Origin: Mobula hypostoma
Lineage: Eukaryota
Direction: 5' to 3'
Assembly (NCBI RefSeq): GCF_963921235.1
Contig: NC_086097.1
Coordinates: forward strand, 138,820,001 to 138,884,000
Length of the DNA: 64,000 nucleotides
Positions 37,143 to 50,773 of the stretch are shown piece after piece. The first letter of the stretch is position 1; the number at the start of each line of letters is the position of its first letter. The position numbers and the translations under genes are program-made. Below the pieces are notes generated by a model. It searched no databases and was not told where the DNA came from. It saw only the letters and a list, made by a program, of their open reading frames with translations.

Positions 37143-38739
37143 TTAGAAAGTGACAGTAAAGAAGGGTTTAAGTAATGTGACATATCTACCTTGTAAGGTT
37201 TACTTATCCAGTCACAGCAACACAATAACCTCCCCCACAACCACTCCTTCCCACAGCCATGTATGAATTGCTTACTGTCTGAGTGTCCCTGTCATCCGAC
37301 TCACGGTGGGAGGAGCAGGGGCAGGCTCTCGGGGTGAGGCACATCTGCTTCTACAGAACACAGAGCAGCGAGAGAGAAGGACGTGGGGTTTTCCAGGCTG
37401 CAGCATCCTCCTTGGCAGAAGTGTGCTTTGACGTGTGCTTTCTCAGAGAGTCAGGGAGACAGCTGATCTGCAGCGCGGAGACACACCGAGCATCAATCCA
37501 CCCCAGCAAGATCCTTCCTGACTCTTTCATTTCCTCTCATGCTTTGACATTGAAGAGGAGGTTGAAGTCTGGTTGCTTCTGTGAGCGTGAGGGGGTGTTG
37601 GTGACACAGCCCTCCCACTCACTCTCATTTAACACAGCTCTGTGGAGGGGGACATTCAGACCTTCAGGCTTGTATTCCCCTTCTAGCAACAACCAGCTTT
37701 TCAAGTATTTTCTGTGGCTTCCAGACCTCTGCACAGTCACCTCTCCTGTTACTAAACTTTCTCCAAACCTAAAGCCTCTGCAACCTCTGTGCTCCCCCCA
37801 GTTCCAGCCCTCTGGAATCTCAAAATCTTTCTGTCTGCCCTTTCAGCACTCTTCTTAAACCTTCCCCTTTGACCAGACAGTTGCCCACTGCCCTGTTATC
37901 GCTCCAGGAGATGTGCATGTAATCACACTGCTGTACAGTACTGAGATGTTTCTAAGGTGCTATCCAAATGCAAGCCGATGCTGATATTTGGTGGGGGAGG
38001 GGGGAAACATAATGGTGTGGGAGATAGAGTTTACTATGAAGCTCGCAGGTCCTGCTAGTTGTAACAAGACCTGATAAATTTCTTGACCCCCGGGCCCACC
38101 CGGGCTGATTATCCCCATGCAGATCTTGCAAGCGTGTGACCTAATCAAGCTCTGCTTTTTGAGCACAGCCACCAGCAGCATGCAGACATTGCCCAGATCA
38201 CTGACACTGTGTCTCAGATGGATGGGAGGCAGCAGGCTCTGCAAGAGAGGAACACAGGAGAGAGCAGGTGTTGTTAATACTGGTTATGCCTCTGGGTGTA
38301 CTGTGACTTTGCTTAATATTCCCTTTACAAATTAGATCTATCCTAATGCTTTTGATGCTTTGTCATTACTCAATGAGAAGTGCTTGAGTTTTGCTGGAAC
38401 CTGATATAACAACCTTATCCACTCTGTCATCTGTTCTTAAAGATTGGCTAAGGTTATTGAACTTTTATATCCATTGCATAAAGCCATTAATTGACACTTA
38501 CATCCACAGTTCTGTTTAAATGTCTCCTGTTTTCTCTAGATTTCAAATACATGAATATACATTTAACCTTTGCAAACTGTCAAGATATTTATTCAGCTGC
38601 ACATCTTCCAAATTAGATTTAAAATGTATAAACATTATTAATCCAATATATCCCACCACCAGGGCCGGCAGTGTTCCTCAGCCACTGGAGAAAGAGTTGC
38701 ATTTTCCAAAGCACTTTCAACGGCCCTTTTAATATGATG

Positions 38740-39010
38740 CAGTGGCGCATTGGAAGTGAAATCACTGTTCTTCTGTGAGAAGGTGCTGAACGTAATATGA
38801 GTGATAACATGAGTTGTTGTTTGGTGAATGAATATTGGCCAGGACTTACTGTGCTGCCTTACTTTGCAATGGAGGCCTGTCATTCCTTCATGCTCAAAGA
38901 TGGCACTCCTTGCAATGCATCACTCCTTCCATCCTGTCCTGCAGTGCGGACTTCCGGATTTCTGTATCAGCGGTGAGACTCGGATACTGAGAATTTCCTG
39001 TGACCTGGAA
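38740..39010 (-). mobile_element. Deu-SINE-like ancient relic
   Basis: aatattggccaggac and aaagatggcactcc...cactcc motifs resemble the Deu domain. Confidence 0.5.
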
Positions 39011-40035
39011 CTCCTACTATTTTGGTGGAGAAATTATTATTTTGGCTCTTCTGCATTTCTGTTGGAAGCCTAAGCCAATTTCTGGCCCATCCCACAGCTC
39101 ACCAATGTGGGGAGCTCACCACTGCTGACCTTGTCTACAGTGTCTAGCTAGCAGGCACACGGGGCATTGGTTAAGTTAAGCAGTGGGTATCAGAAGGGAG
39201 AGAAGGCCAAGGAGTCAAGGAGGAGGGTGGCTGAGGCTGACTGTCCCTGTGTCGCAGACCTGGAACCCAGCGCATGCCTGGTTAATACCCTTCCTTTAGC
39301 CAGCAGTCAGAATAGGTCATTCGCTCACATCGCAAAAGGAAGTCGTGGGAACTTTCTGTGCAGGCAGCAGCCATGGTGTCTTGTGCTTTACAGCAGTGAC
39401 TCCACCAGAAAGATTTTCATTGGCTGCAGAGCCCTTGGGGGGGGGGATGCATGTGAGGGTGGGGTTGTAGTCAGGGTAATTGCCCGAACAATACAGTGGC
39501 TGTTTATTACATCATTACGGAGAGAAACATTAATGTTCTTCCCATTGGGGACCATTAAAGACTGAGGCACTTAAAAACTCTGCTCTGCCATAAAAGATGA
39601 TTGCAGCACGTGATCTGGAAGCAGACCGATTAGCTGAGGAGACCGCAATTTCTTGAACCTACTGGCAGTATGAGAATAAATTGCAGGAAATTATTAATTA
39701 TGGTGTGTTTTAATATTCCCCTCAAAAGCTTAAGTTGAAACAAATTGTTGGCACTTGTTCCGGAAGTCTCAAGTATCCACTTCACAGAATCAATAGACAA
39801 CATAATATATATTACATGTGTATCACAGCACTGGTGACTTGAATGCATTTTCCCTCTCTCATCAACCAACGGATAGTGAGTAACACTACACCAGTTCATG
39901 GACCTCTCTGCTGCGTTTGTCAGAATCTGAATTATTTAATTAAATAAGGCATTTCCAGGAATTTTACATACAAAACAAAATCTGCTGCTCTAACTTTCAA
40001 GGACTAACATCGGTTCATACATGACATAAAAGACT

Positions 40036-40314
40036 AAAGATTAGCTTTATTTGTCGCATGTGTACCGAAAGCATTGAAACAGTTTCCTGTCAATGACCAC
40101 CACCATCTGAGGATGTACTGGGGGCAGCCTGCAAGTATTGCAACATTTCTGGTGCCAACATAGTGCGCCCACAGCCTATGTCTTTGGAATATGTGAGGAA
40201 ACGCATGCAGTCACGGGGAGAAGATACAGACTTCGCACAGCCAGCAACAGGAATTGAACCCCAACTGCAAGTGTCCTAAAGCATGGCACTAACCAATACA
40301 CTACAGTGCCACCC
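40036..40314 (-). mobile_element. tRNA-derived V-SINE (HE1-like head and core) with Rex1-like tail
   Basis: Minus strand gggtggcactgtagtgtattggttag, ggttcaattcc and ttctccccgtgactgc. Confidence 0.7.
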
Positions 40315-42199
40315 TCATCATATATCAGAGACAAGAGCAAGCATGCAGTTCAGCACACTGAACCTGCCCGCCATTCACCCTGAGAGCACATTCCTAGCCA
40401 CCCTACATTCACTACGAGCACAATGACCTCTGAGTCTCGGCCTTGAAGTCACCTGCACATCTACTTCCCTTATCTAATTCCAGATGCTTCCAACTCTCTG
40501 AAAGAAGTAGTTCCATTTTACATGATCGAGACTTCCCTCCATTGTATAGTGTCCAGCGCCCAGTGGACCTCTCCCTGGATCTGCCCTACCCATCCCTCCC
40601 AGATTCCTGGACACTTCTAGAAGATGTCCGCTCTGTCTAGTGTGTGTGGACCAGGAGCTCCCAGCTGCTTTTATGCCATGGAACCTTACCTGAGGGGTCC
40701 GTGGACCTCAGTTTGGGAATCCCTGGTATGGACCAGTCTTCCCTTCTCATCCCAGGAATCAGTCCAGTGAAAAAGACTTCAACAGTTGCAGTAGAAACTG
40801 AGTTAATTTCTTGCTTCTCATTGTCTCATCTGCATTACAAAAGCTGTTCCCCAAACGATTATTGCCCTGATCGGAGCTGTTGATTCAAGACTAAATGTAA
40901 AGAACTGTTTACTTTGGCGCAAACCATGAATAAAGTACTATTTCTGGAGTGAAGTGTGATATGTCTGGGGTTTACATCTCGCAGGAAATTCAACCTGCCA
41001 CTTCTCCTCTTGAGTCATGTTCTTCTCTCTGTTGTGACTCCATATCAAGTGCACATCCAATTACCTCATTGCCAAAACAGAGATGGATGTCAGCCAGTTG
41101 AAGATCGGAGAGTGGAGAGTTTTAGGCTGTGTGATCCGGTCACTAGCTCCATTGGATGTCAGCCAGTGGATGACTGGAGAATGGAGAGTTTTAGCTTATG
41201 TGATTGGGTCAGTAGCTCCATCAGAGATTAGAGGGCAGGTGATCAGGTTCTTGTGGTAGTAGTGAGTTGACAGTGGGATCTTTGGGAGGTCAGATGTTGG
41301 GCCCTAGTGGTTGAACATGGTGGTGAGGAGGGGAGAAGGTACATTGTGGCTGTAATTATTGGAATAACTACAGTGGGGTCTGAGCCCAACAACTAGCCTC
41401 CGTAGGGTCTGACATTTCCCAATGTAAACCTGATTCTGAGGTACATGGTCAAGTTGGAAGTGATTGTCCATCCAGAGTGTATTTAAACCCCTGATGCACT
41501 AAATAAATGATAAACCCCTATAGCTCACTCCCAGTCAACGGAAAGGTGCTGGCAAACCTGTCCTTCCTGATGGGTGGGACCTCTCAGTTGTGTATGCTCC
41601 TGGTAAATATTTTTGGTATTCTCGCCAGTACCAATATAACATCTACAGTTAAGGAAACCAGGACAGTGTCAGTGTTGTGTGGGTTCTAATCAGACTTTGA
41701 CCCACGTCCAATGTAGACCATGAAGCATCTTTTTTAGGAGGAGTCTAATGCTTTTGTTTATTGTTTTGAGTAGTTCTTAAAAATTATCCTTTAAAAAACC
41801 CTGCATCTGCTCTTGTACCTCTCACCATTTAGATTCCCGTTTTCCAAGTCGACAATATTCTGCTGTTAGATTCCATTGATTAAGTGCAGTTCAAAATAGT
41901 GAGAGGATTTCCAGGCCTGAGGATGAACCCTGACAACCTTATCTAACTTCTCCCCAAGCCACCACTCTTGGCTAAAGTTCACCTCAACGCCTCCCTCTGC
42001 AAACCTCTCCTCTAACCTCTCCCCACTCCTCTTCTGACCCTCCTCCTTCCCCGCCCCTTTCACTGATTTTCCCCCAATCTCCAGCTGGCCTTCTGCAAAA
42101 CCCACCATCCCCTCCTCCCCTCCCACAGCCACTGACAAGTCCTGAAACTCCAGATAACGAACTAGATTCTAATTCCACATCTACTATCTACTTGTGTCT

Positions 42200-42652
42200 A
42201 CAGAAAGGCATGAATACGTTGGAAAGGATGCAAAGAAGATTCACAGTATGAGAATGTTGCCAGGAATCGAGGGCCCGGGTTGCAGGGAAACTTTGGGGTT
42301 TTATCCACGGACCTTATTTGAGTAAGGTGTGATATTATAGTGATGTACAAAATAGATGCAATGAATGCACGTATTGGCGAATTGAAAGCTAGAGGGCATA
42401 GGTTTAAAGATGAGAGAGAAGATAGTAATAGAAACCCAGGGGGCAATTTCTTCCTGCAGGGGGTTATCCGTATATGGAATGAGTTGCTAGCAGAAGTGGT
42501 CAAGCAGGTATATTAACAACATTTAAAAGGTACATGGATAAAAAAGGTGAAGTGGGAAATGGACCAAATGCAGGTAAAGGAGACAAACTCAGGTGGGAAT
42601 GTTGGTCAGCTTGGATCAGTTGGACTGAAGGGCTTATAACACTGTGATTCTC
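42200..42652 (+). mobile_element. Old CR1 3' end
   Basis: ctagagggcataggtttaa...atatggaatgagttgctag; similar to other CR1 ends here. Confidence 0.75.
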
Positions 42653-43544
42653 TAGATTGTTAGTCTAGGATCTGGGACATTATTCTGGGAAATTTATTAC
42701 TGTGCAACTACCTGCTCCTTCGGGTCCATTTTACAACCAGTGCTCGTGCCTTAGTAGTAGTTTAATAACACAAGTTTGACAGTTCTTTCTGTTCTGGCTC
42801 TGAATGAGTTTGGTCCAGTTATTAACCTAATGCTGGCAGTTAGCCTGAACCCAGGGAGTAATGACCTCTCCCTCTCTGTGGGTCCAAACCCCACTCCAGA
42901 CATTGATCGCAAAATCCAGACTGACCTGTGTAATGATTCTGAGGGTCTGCCACATTCTCATCAGTGCCCCTACCAGATCGTGTGAAACCTGCTCTGATCT
43001 CAGGTGGGCGGGTCCTGCCCATCATCACTGGAACTATACCAAAGTCTGATGATGTCCTGACCTTGTGCTCTGGGCTGTCCCAACCTGCTTGTGGAGTTAT
43101 TTTCCATTGCAACTTCCTGCCTATGGAGTTATTTCCCATTACAACTCCCAATTTGACTTTGCAGTGCTGTATCCCTCCATAACCATGGCCATTTTGATAT
43201 TTTTTTTGCCATTTTTCCCATGTCTGCTGGGCTGCTCCTCACGCTCTGAGCACACACTTGGAATCAAACCCGCAGACCGCTGTTCTACTGGGCTCCTGCC
43301 GTGGCAACAACGAACAATTCCCTGGAGCAACTCAGTGGGCCAAGCAGGATTTGTGATGGGAAGTGAACAGTCGGCATTTTGGGTCTGCATCTGCACTTTG
43401 GTTTTTGCTCCAAATTCCAGCATCAGCAGGTTTCTTGCATCTCCAAGGTAATCTCCACACCACCACATTCAGCTGACAACTGCAAACAGTTGTCCCATGC
43501 CACAGTGGTGTTGACCACTATATTCATCACTTGCAGTTTGTTGA

Positions 43545-43935
43545 TCCTAACACTCAAGAAGTTTGACCCCATCCAGGACAAAGTGGCCTGCATGGTTGGC
43601 ATCCCATCCACCATCTTAAACATTCCCTCCCTCCACGACCCATGTCCAGTGGTTTTAGTGTGCACCATCTACAAAATGATCTACAGTTCCTCACATAGAC
43701 TACTTCAACAGCATCTCACAACCCCACCACCTCTCCCACCAAAAATGACAGGAACAAGAGCAAATGACAATTTAGAAACGTAACACCATTCTTCCCTCCA
43801 GGTTTTATTTTCCTAAATCCTGGAACTCTCTGTCCAGTGGTACTGATGCAGCACCATCACCAGTCGCACTGCAGTGATTCAAAATGGCAGATCACCTCAA
43901 CCTTCTCAAGGTCAGTTAGGCATGGGCAATAAATA
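43545..43935 (+). mobile_element. Ancient CR1/L2-group LINE 3' end
   Basis: Ends ccttctcaagg..agttagg.atgggcaataaata, shared with 56760-56900. Confidence 0.6.
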
Positions 43936-44279
43936 TCATCAATGCCCGGATCCTGAAAGGTGAATGAATGAATAGAGTGGGTGCAAACAGTGAGGGAGGG
44001 AGTAGTCCCAGAAACACAAAATTGATTTCTCCCTATCTGTACATATGACTGCGATGAGCGATGACTTCAGAAGGACAGTAGGCGATGTTTTCTGTGCAGA
44101 AAAGTGTTCCATTCTGTGATTCATCTCTCCACAGGCTGACTTTGAATGCCTCTTTATCTGCTCAAACTCTTCACTTTATTTTCAATTTTGCCTAACCAAA
44201 AGGAGTAGCTGGTTCTAGTTTCCCAAGGCTGGCGTCGCTATGGTAACAGAATATTTTCTATGCATTGATCAAGGTTCTG

Positions 44280-44720
44280 CAGTCATGAAGTCATCGAGCA
44301 ATACAACAAGGATATGGGCCCTTTGGCCCAAACAGTCCATGCTAACCCATGGTCCCCAGCCATCTAATCCCAATGTCCTGTGTTGGGCCATATCTATCTA
44401 AGCCCCACCGATCTTAAATGGTATTATTGTACCTTCTTCAACCACTTCCTATATACTGACCACTCTCTACCCTTTCTTTCTCCTATGCTCCAGGAAATAA
44501 AGACCAATCCTGGCCCATCTCTCTCGATAACCCAGCTTGCTCAGTCCTCGAAAAAATCCTCATAAATCTCCTCTGCACCTATTCCAGCTTAACCACATCT
44601 TTCCTATAAAAGGGTGACCAAAGCTGTAAACAGCATTGTAGTGTGGCCTCACTGGCATTTTGTACAACTGAAACATAATGTCCTAACTCCACTGTCAGTG
44701 CTCTGACTGATGAAAGCCAG
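44280..44720 (-). mobile_element. Old CR1 3' fragments
   Basis: ggccctttggccca tail and ctctgcacc...ccagc.taaccacatctttcctata segment. Confidence 0.65.
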
Positions 44721-46367
44721 CTCTTTCATTAGCTTTCTGCCTGTGATGTTGCTTACAGTGCTTTCCCTGAGGCTCTGTGCTGCGATGGTGAAATGGGCAC
44801 ATTTGAACCCCTTGAATGGGCAGGCAATTAGGCAGGTGATTGGTGCGCCCCATCGCTTTGGCCCACTGGAAGTCACTGACTGGATCTCATGACATTCCCT
44901 GCAGGAATTACGTGACAGAGCCACAGGCGAGGGTTTCTGCAGGAATGCTGTAGGTGATGCTTTTGCAGTGGATACCTGGCACGTTGTGCCTGTGGGACCA
45001 GCTCTCTGTGTCAGACAGATCTATCATGGACACCATCTATCCCTCCCTTGGGACAGCTAGTTTGGACTAGGTGAGACACGAGGTCTCTTCCCCAGGTTGG
45101 TAGGCCCTATAGCCACTGTAAAATACACCCCTCCCTGGAGTGTGGGAAAGGTTGCTGTGGATGGGAATGTGGGGAGGATAAAATGGGATTTGTGTATGAT
45201 TGGGGTAAATGGGTGATAGAGAGGTACAGCAGTGACTCAGTGGGCCGAAAGGCCAGATTCAATGCATTAAGCCCCTCCCTAGTCTCTAGGGACAGATGTT
45301 CCCTGAACTCTCCACTGAGTTAATCAGTGCTGGCACCAGATGTAGACAATCCTGAGCCCTCCTCAATGCCTCTGGCTCATTAAATCTTTGACAGTCACAA
45401 CACTGTCCAGTAAAACTTTCCTTCCAGTCTCCAACCTTTAGTAGCAAGGCACATCAAGCCTCCGTATGTGGGACTGGGCAGGAGCCCTGAGGAAGTGTGA
45501 CTACTTCAGGATCAGAAGTCAGATGGGAACAGTCCTCCAGTCACTGACCAGTCAGAATCACTTCCCCAGCCACAACAAACATGGAGGAGCTCAAGAAACA
45601 GGGGCCTGGAATTTCCTTCAAAAGAACCAAGAGTGGGCGGTGGGGAGAATTCCAAGCCCAAGCGAGCAAAGGAAGCAGGGTCAACAAGAACCTCCGGAAA
45701 TGAAGGAAAAGTAGCAGGAAAGGAAATGTTTTGCAGTCTGTAAAATCAGACGTAGAGCTGGAAGACAGGCCCTTCTGCCCATCTGATCTATGCCGACCAA
45801 GCTGTCCATCTAAGTTAGTCCCATTTATGTGTTCGGTGTTATGTGTCATGTGATGTCCTGTTTGGCTGATATTCCCTTCAGCCTTTCCATCCATGTGCTT
45901 GTCCACATGCATTTTACAGTAAGGAGAGAACTGTGGAGTGGGCTTGGTAGGAGTTCTTCCAAAGGGCCGGGATGAGCACTTTGGGCTGAATAGCCTCCTT
46001 CCCCCATTCCATTCTCCTCACTCACACCCCCAGTCAAGTTTGGGAGATGTCAGCCTCTGCTGTATAGGGGAACTGTATAAACTAACAGTTCCCTGTGTAA
46101 TTCCCTATGTAAATCTTATTGAGAGATTCAACACTGCACGATTTGTGAGGGCCAATGGTGGCAATTTGTTCATTTTATGGTGCTCTTGAGTTCAATGATA
46201 CGTGACTGCAGTGTGGAGTTAGAGCACCATTGAAACATTTAATAGAGGAGGTCACCTCGGGGACATTCCCATTCTCTTCACTGGCTAACTGTAACATCCA
46301 GATGACAGATAACACAGAACTTTAATGTAATGAAGACCGATGAAGATGTTTCTTCTCGCACAGAATC

Positions 46368-47320
46368 CAAGTCAGGTTTATTATCGCTGACTACAGTGTG
46401 AAATATGTTGCTTCAGGACGGCAGCACAGTGCAAAGACATAAAATCTATAAGATACAAAATAAATAAATAGTGTGAATAGTGAGGTGGTGGTGGCATCCG
46501 TAGTCTCGTGAGACCATGGATCTGTGCCTGGTAAGTCTGGAGTATCCTCTCCAGGGCAAGGTTGTATGGAAGCCCAACAGTTGCTCAAGCAGCAAGTCTC
46601 CCCTCTCCATGACACCGATGTCCAGGGGAAGGGCAAGGGCCGATACAACTTGGCACCAGTATCATCGCAGGAGTTGCCAGAACGAGGTTGAAGGCAACAT
46701 CGGACTGCCTTAGGGACTCCAGCTCCGGATTTGTCCTCAGTGTTTACTCCCGAAGCCTTTCCCGTGAGTGGGTATGGCCGCAAGGCAGCGGAGGTTTGAA
46801 ATCAGAGTTTTCCCTCTCTTAGATGGACTGCCTTCCCAGGCTGACGAGCTCCATCTACCCGAAATGAGATAGTGTTTGAGGATTCATGGTCTGTTCAGAA
46901 ATCTGATGGCGGAGGGGAAGAGGCTGTTCCTGAGTCGTTGAGTTTGGGTCTTCAGGCTCCTGTACTTCTTCCATGATGGTACTAATGAGAAGAAGACATG
47001 GCTCAGATGGTGAAGGTGCTCAATGATGGATGCTGCCTTCCTGAGGCACCGCCTCTCAAAGATATCCTCGATGGTGTACCCATGAATGAGCTGGCTGACT
47101 CCGAAACATTCTCAACTCCTTGTGATCCTGTGCACTGGAGCCTCCACACCAGGCTGTGATCCGACCCAAGACATTTGCTAGTGTCTTCGGTGATGTACCA
47201 AACGTTCTCAAACTCTTATAACAAAGTAGAGCTGTGGGCGTGCCTTCTTCATAACGTATCAGTATGTCGGGCCCTGGATAAATCCTCAGAGTTCCTGATG
47301 CTCAGGGACTCGGAACCTCT
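46368..47320 (-). mobile_element. Rex1/Babar 3' part containing a nested insertion
   Basis: tcaggtttattatc tail; ggctcctgtacttcttccatgatgg and gatgctgccttcctgaggc segments. Confidence 0.75.
46490..46862 (-). mobile_element. Short non-autonomous retroposon, possibly bipartite RTE-derived
   Basis: 46490-46670 is homologous to the tails of the SINEs at 51164 and 58542; no tRNA head; (cac)n-like tail; imperfect flanking duplication tgaggtggtg/tgagatagtg. Confidence 0.7.
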
Positions 47321-48419
47321 CACTAGAAGTCAGTAGGTGCAGCACTGCCCGTGGAGTTCAGCAAAGATATCTGGTGAATGAAGATTCACTGCTTCCTCCA
47401 CCATGCTGAGTGAAAGTTGTAAAGTCCAGGGGTATGTTCAGTAATCCTGGTACAGTAAACATCACAGAATGAGCTATTAAACTGAGGTCACCCAAAGGGA
47501 CAGAGTCATAGATTCATAGAATTACACAACACAGAGACAGGCCCTTCAGACCAACCAAGATATCTCTCTCTGAGCAACTCTCATCTTCCTGCATTTGCCC
47601 CATATCACTCAAAATCTTTCCTGTCTGTGTACCTGTCTAAATGTGTTTTAAACATTCTGATTGTAGGATGCAACATATCTGACAATGCTTCCTCACAGCA
47701 GGGCGAGTGAGTTGTCTCTGGTATCTTAGCACAATGCCCATAACACCCGTTGGAAGAGATGGCCTGCTGACTATCATGGGAATTTGCTGGGTAAAAATTG
47801 GCTCCCGCGTTTGCCCAGCGCTATGGTGACCTGAGGGAATGAGGGGAGTCCCTTGCTTTCACTCACGAGGTCACAATCAGCATTCGATTCCCATCCAGGA
47901 TAATGAATAACTTTGTCGAGTAGGGGTAAGGTGGTTCTGGTATACATCTGGCAATGGTCTGGTAGATGCAGGGGGATTGTCAGTGGCATACTCCCTAGTA
48001 TCTGCTGCCCATGTCTTAGCACCGTGGTCTCTGATACCTTCTCAGGGGCTCTGTCCCTTGCAGTGTAGGAGCCTTGCTTCTCTTTTCCTTGAGTCCACAC
48101 CATATGTGGGGAACAGATACTGATAGCTCATGAACTCCCGCTCTCACATCAGCCCAAACCTTAGCAGCAGCAAATCACTCCTCTCATTGCAGGAAGACCA
48201 GGCTTCTCACCCCAGAATCTGAAGTCAGGAGCCCTTGGATGTCCCACCCTGAGCAGTACTGAAGGAGTGCTGTGTGATCACAGGCCCTCTCCACCGATGG
48301 TCTGACTTCCTACCGGGAGTGAAAGGGATGGAGCACAAAGGATCCCGTGGCTCTGATTGGAAAGGGAGCAGGGCAGCTTGCCCTGGAAGAGGTTACAGAC
48401 TGGTTCAATCTCACTTCAC

Positions 48420-48942
48420 CCACACTCATTGTGTGCAGTTCCAGTTGCCCTGCTACAGAAGGCACGTGGAGCGTTTGGAGAGGGTGCAGAAGGGGATCAC
48501 CAGGTGCTGCCTGGATCAGGAGGTATGAGCTACAAGGAGAGGCTCGACAAATTTCCTTTGCTTTCTCTGGAGGTGTTGGGGCCTGAGGGAAGGCCTGATA
48601 GAAACGATGAGAGATAGAGACAGGGTACAGAGTTAGAATTCCTTTTCCACTTTCGGCATGTCAAATACTAGAGGACATACATGTATGGTGAGAGAGGGAA
48701 CACTTAAGGAGATGTGTAGGGCAAGTTTTTTTTTACAGAGAGTGGTGGGTGTCTGGAATGGGCTGTCAGGAAAGGTGCTGGAAGGAGATATGGTGGAGGT
48801 GGTTGAGAGGCTGTTCGACACATGAATATGCAAAAAAATGGAGGAATATGGGTCATGTAAAGGTAGAAGAGATATTAGTCCAATTTGTGCAGTACTGTGC
48901 TTGGCACAGACATTGTGCTGTACTGCTCTGTGTTGTATATTG
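48420..48942 (+). mobile_element. Old CR1 3' end
   Basis: HCVQF..P.YRRHVERLERVQK, SYKERL and the CR1 3' UTR. Confidence 0.8.
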
Positions 48943-49989
48943 TATGAAAGCTGTCTGAGAGGTGGTGTGAACTGTGCACTGAATATACTACCCCAGAGCC
49001 ACCACACTAATGGCACTGAAGTGCCAGTTGGGGTGAGGGTAGCAAAAACCTTTCTACACCTCCTTCCCTCCCATGATAGTAGGCTCATGACAGAAACTAC
49101 ATCCATGCCAGTAACCCTCTCACTTCAGTCCTCCTCTATCCAACCCTGGGCCAGGGAGAAGACTAGCTTCTTCTCAGAGCCCAACACGAACACAACCACA
49201 CCCACAGAGCCAAGGAAATGAGTCTTATTTGTTGAGGTTTGTTCCACCTTTCCTTTCTCCAGCCTCTTCATTGAGAGTAACATATACACATACAATACAA
49301 GACTCTCCTTTCTGCAGCCTCTTCATTATGAGGCTCTGTTGGAACTGAGGACAAGTAGGAGAAAGAAAGTGTGGTTTCACCTTACTTGTTCTTTGCTCGA
49401 TTCTTTTGTGTAGAACATTTCACAGCAAATAAGCTTTTTATTGCTGATATCAGCCATGTAATTTGTAGCAGAGTTAAACTCAGCCAGCACTCTGCACAGC
49501 CAGGGAGAATTAAACTTATAGATTCAACATGCCATCATTAATCATAACCGTCAATCATCCCCCAGCTAATTGTAGCTTAGAAACACTCTTTAAAGAGACG
49601 GTCTGTTCCCTGCAAAAATATTGATAAAAGGTGTCTGCATTGTCAGGAAGCCCGTTGGCAGTGAATTTAGAAGAGAGCTGAGAGCAGGAGAGAGAATTTC
49701 TCACTGTAGAGTACACACATAAACACACTCAGGGGAATTAAGGACAGCTGCACAAGATGCTCCATCCTGGGGTTTGATAATATTCTTCAAAACCATTTGC
49801 TGACTTTGAGCTGCTCACTCCTGCTTGTGAGGTTTATTACAGTCAAAGTAAAGACTTGCAGAGCAGAAAAGATTGGCTGTGCTGTGGAAGGAGGTAAGGC
49901 AGGAATTACAAAAGATATACAGCACAGAATGAGGCCAATCAACCCATCCCACCCATTCTAGTGTCTGAAGTTCATTCCTAGTCTTCTAT

Positions 49990-50415
49990 GACCTACAGCT
50001 AGTCACTATAGCCTACAGTTAGTCCTGGGTAGTCTTATAGACCTAACTGACTGCATCTGGATTGCAGAAAGTGGGTTTTCAGTCCAACATGCTACAAAAG
50101 ACTAACAGTAGACAACTGTGCACTAACAGTAGACATCTGTGCACTAACTGTAGACAACAGTGCATTAACTGTAGACTGTTGGGTACTAACCGCAGATTAT
50201 AGGGACTACCTATAGGATATAGGAGACTAATAATCAGCTATAGACTAACTGTGGTCTATACAGTGGGAGACTAACTGTAGGCTACAGAAGACGCAATAGG
50301 ACAGAACACAGATAGTAGGAGACAGACAAACTGTAAACTACAGAAAATTTGCTGCATTCCATAGACAAACTACAGACTACATGACTCTAAAGTTAGGGTA
50401 TAGATTAGCTGTAGG
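49990..50415. repeat. Degenerate tandem repeat; 21-bp core cactaacagtagacaactgtg at about 50100-50190
   Basis: Recurring actaactgtag and tagactac motifs. Confidence 0.7.
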
Positions 50416-50513
50416 CTTTGGGTTGCTGCAAGTACAGTAAATCAAATGAAGTTTTTAGCTCCGGTACATAACCAGCTGAACATGCAAACCCATGCTGCAG
50501 TAGTCCTGTCCAG

Positions 50514-50574
50514 GTGGGGAGGGGAGGGAGGGAATGTCGGCTCAGACCATGAGAGGCCTGCATCAGGCATTTTC
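50514..50574 (-). mobile_element. 5'-truncated tail of the type-A SINE
   Basis: Approximate reverse complement of 2921-2970 (gaaaatgcc...gcaggcctctcatggtctgag.cgac.ttccctccc). Confidence 0.8.
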
Positions 50575-50773
50575 AGGTGAGTCACAATTAAACCTCACCA
50601 ACTAAATCAGCACAACTAGGCATGAAGGCATAGCTGGGTTGCTAGGTACTGACCAGTTTAAAAGTCAAAATCAACCCCATAGTCTCTGCATTGTGGAAGA
50701 TGCAGTGTGGTTTGTATCAGAGCTGACTCTTAGGCTCCCACAACTCTACTGCTATGCCCTCTGACTTTCCTGC

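Noticed and set aside
37283..37858. 191-aa ORF as a host gene
   Set aside because: Non-ATG start, no recognisable domain, and the distal part resembles an old repeat tail; a regulatory role is not excluded.
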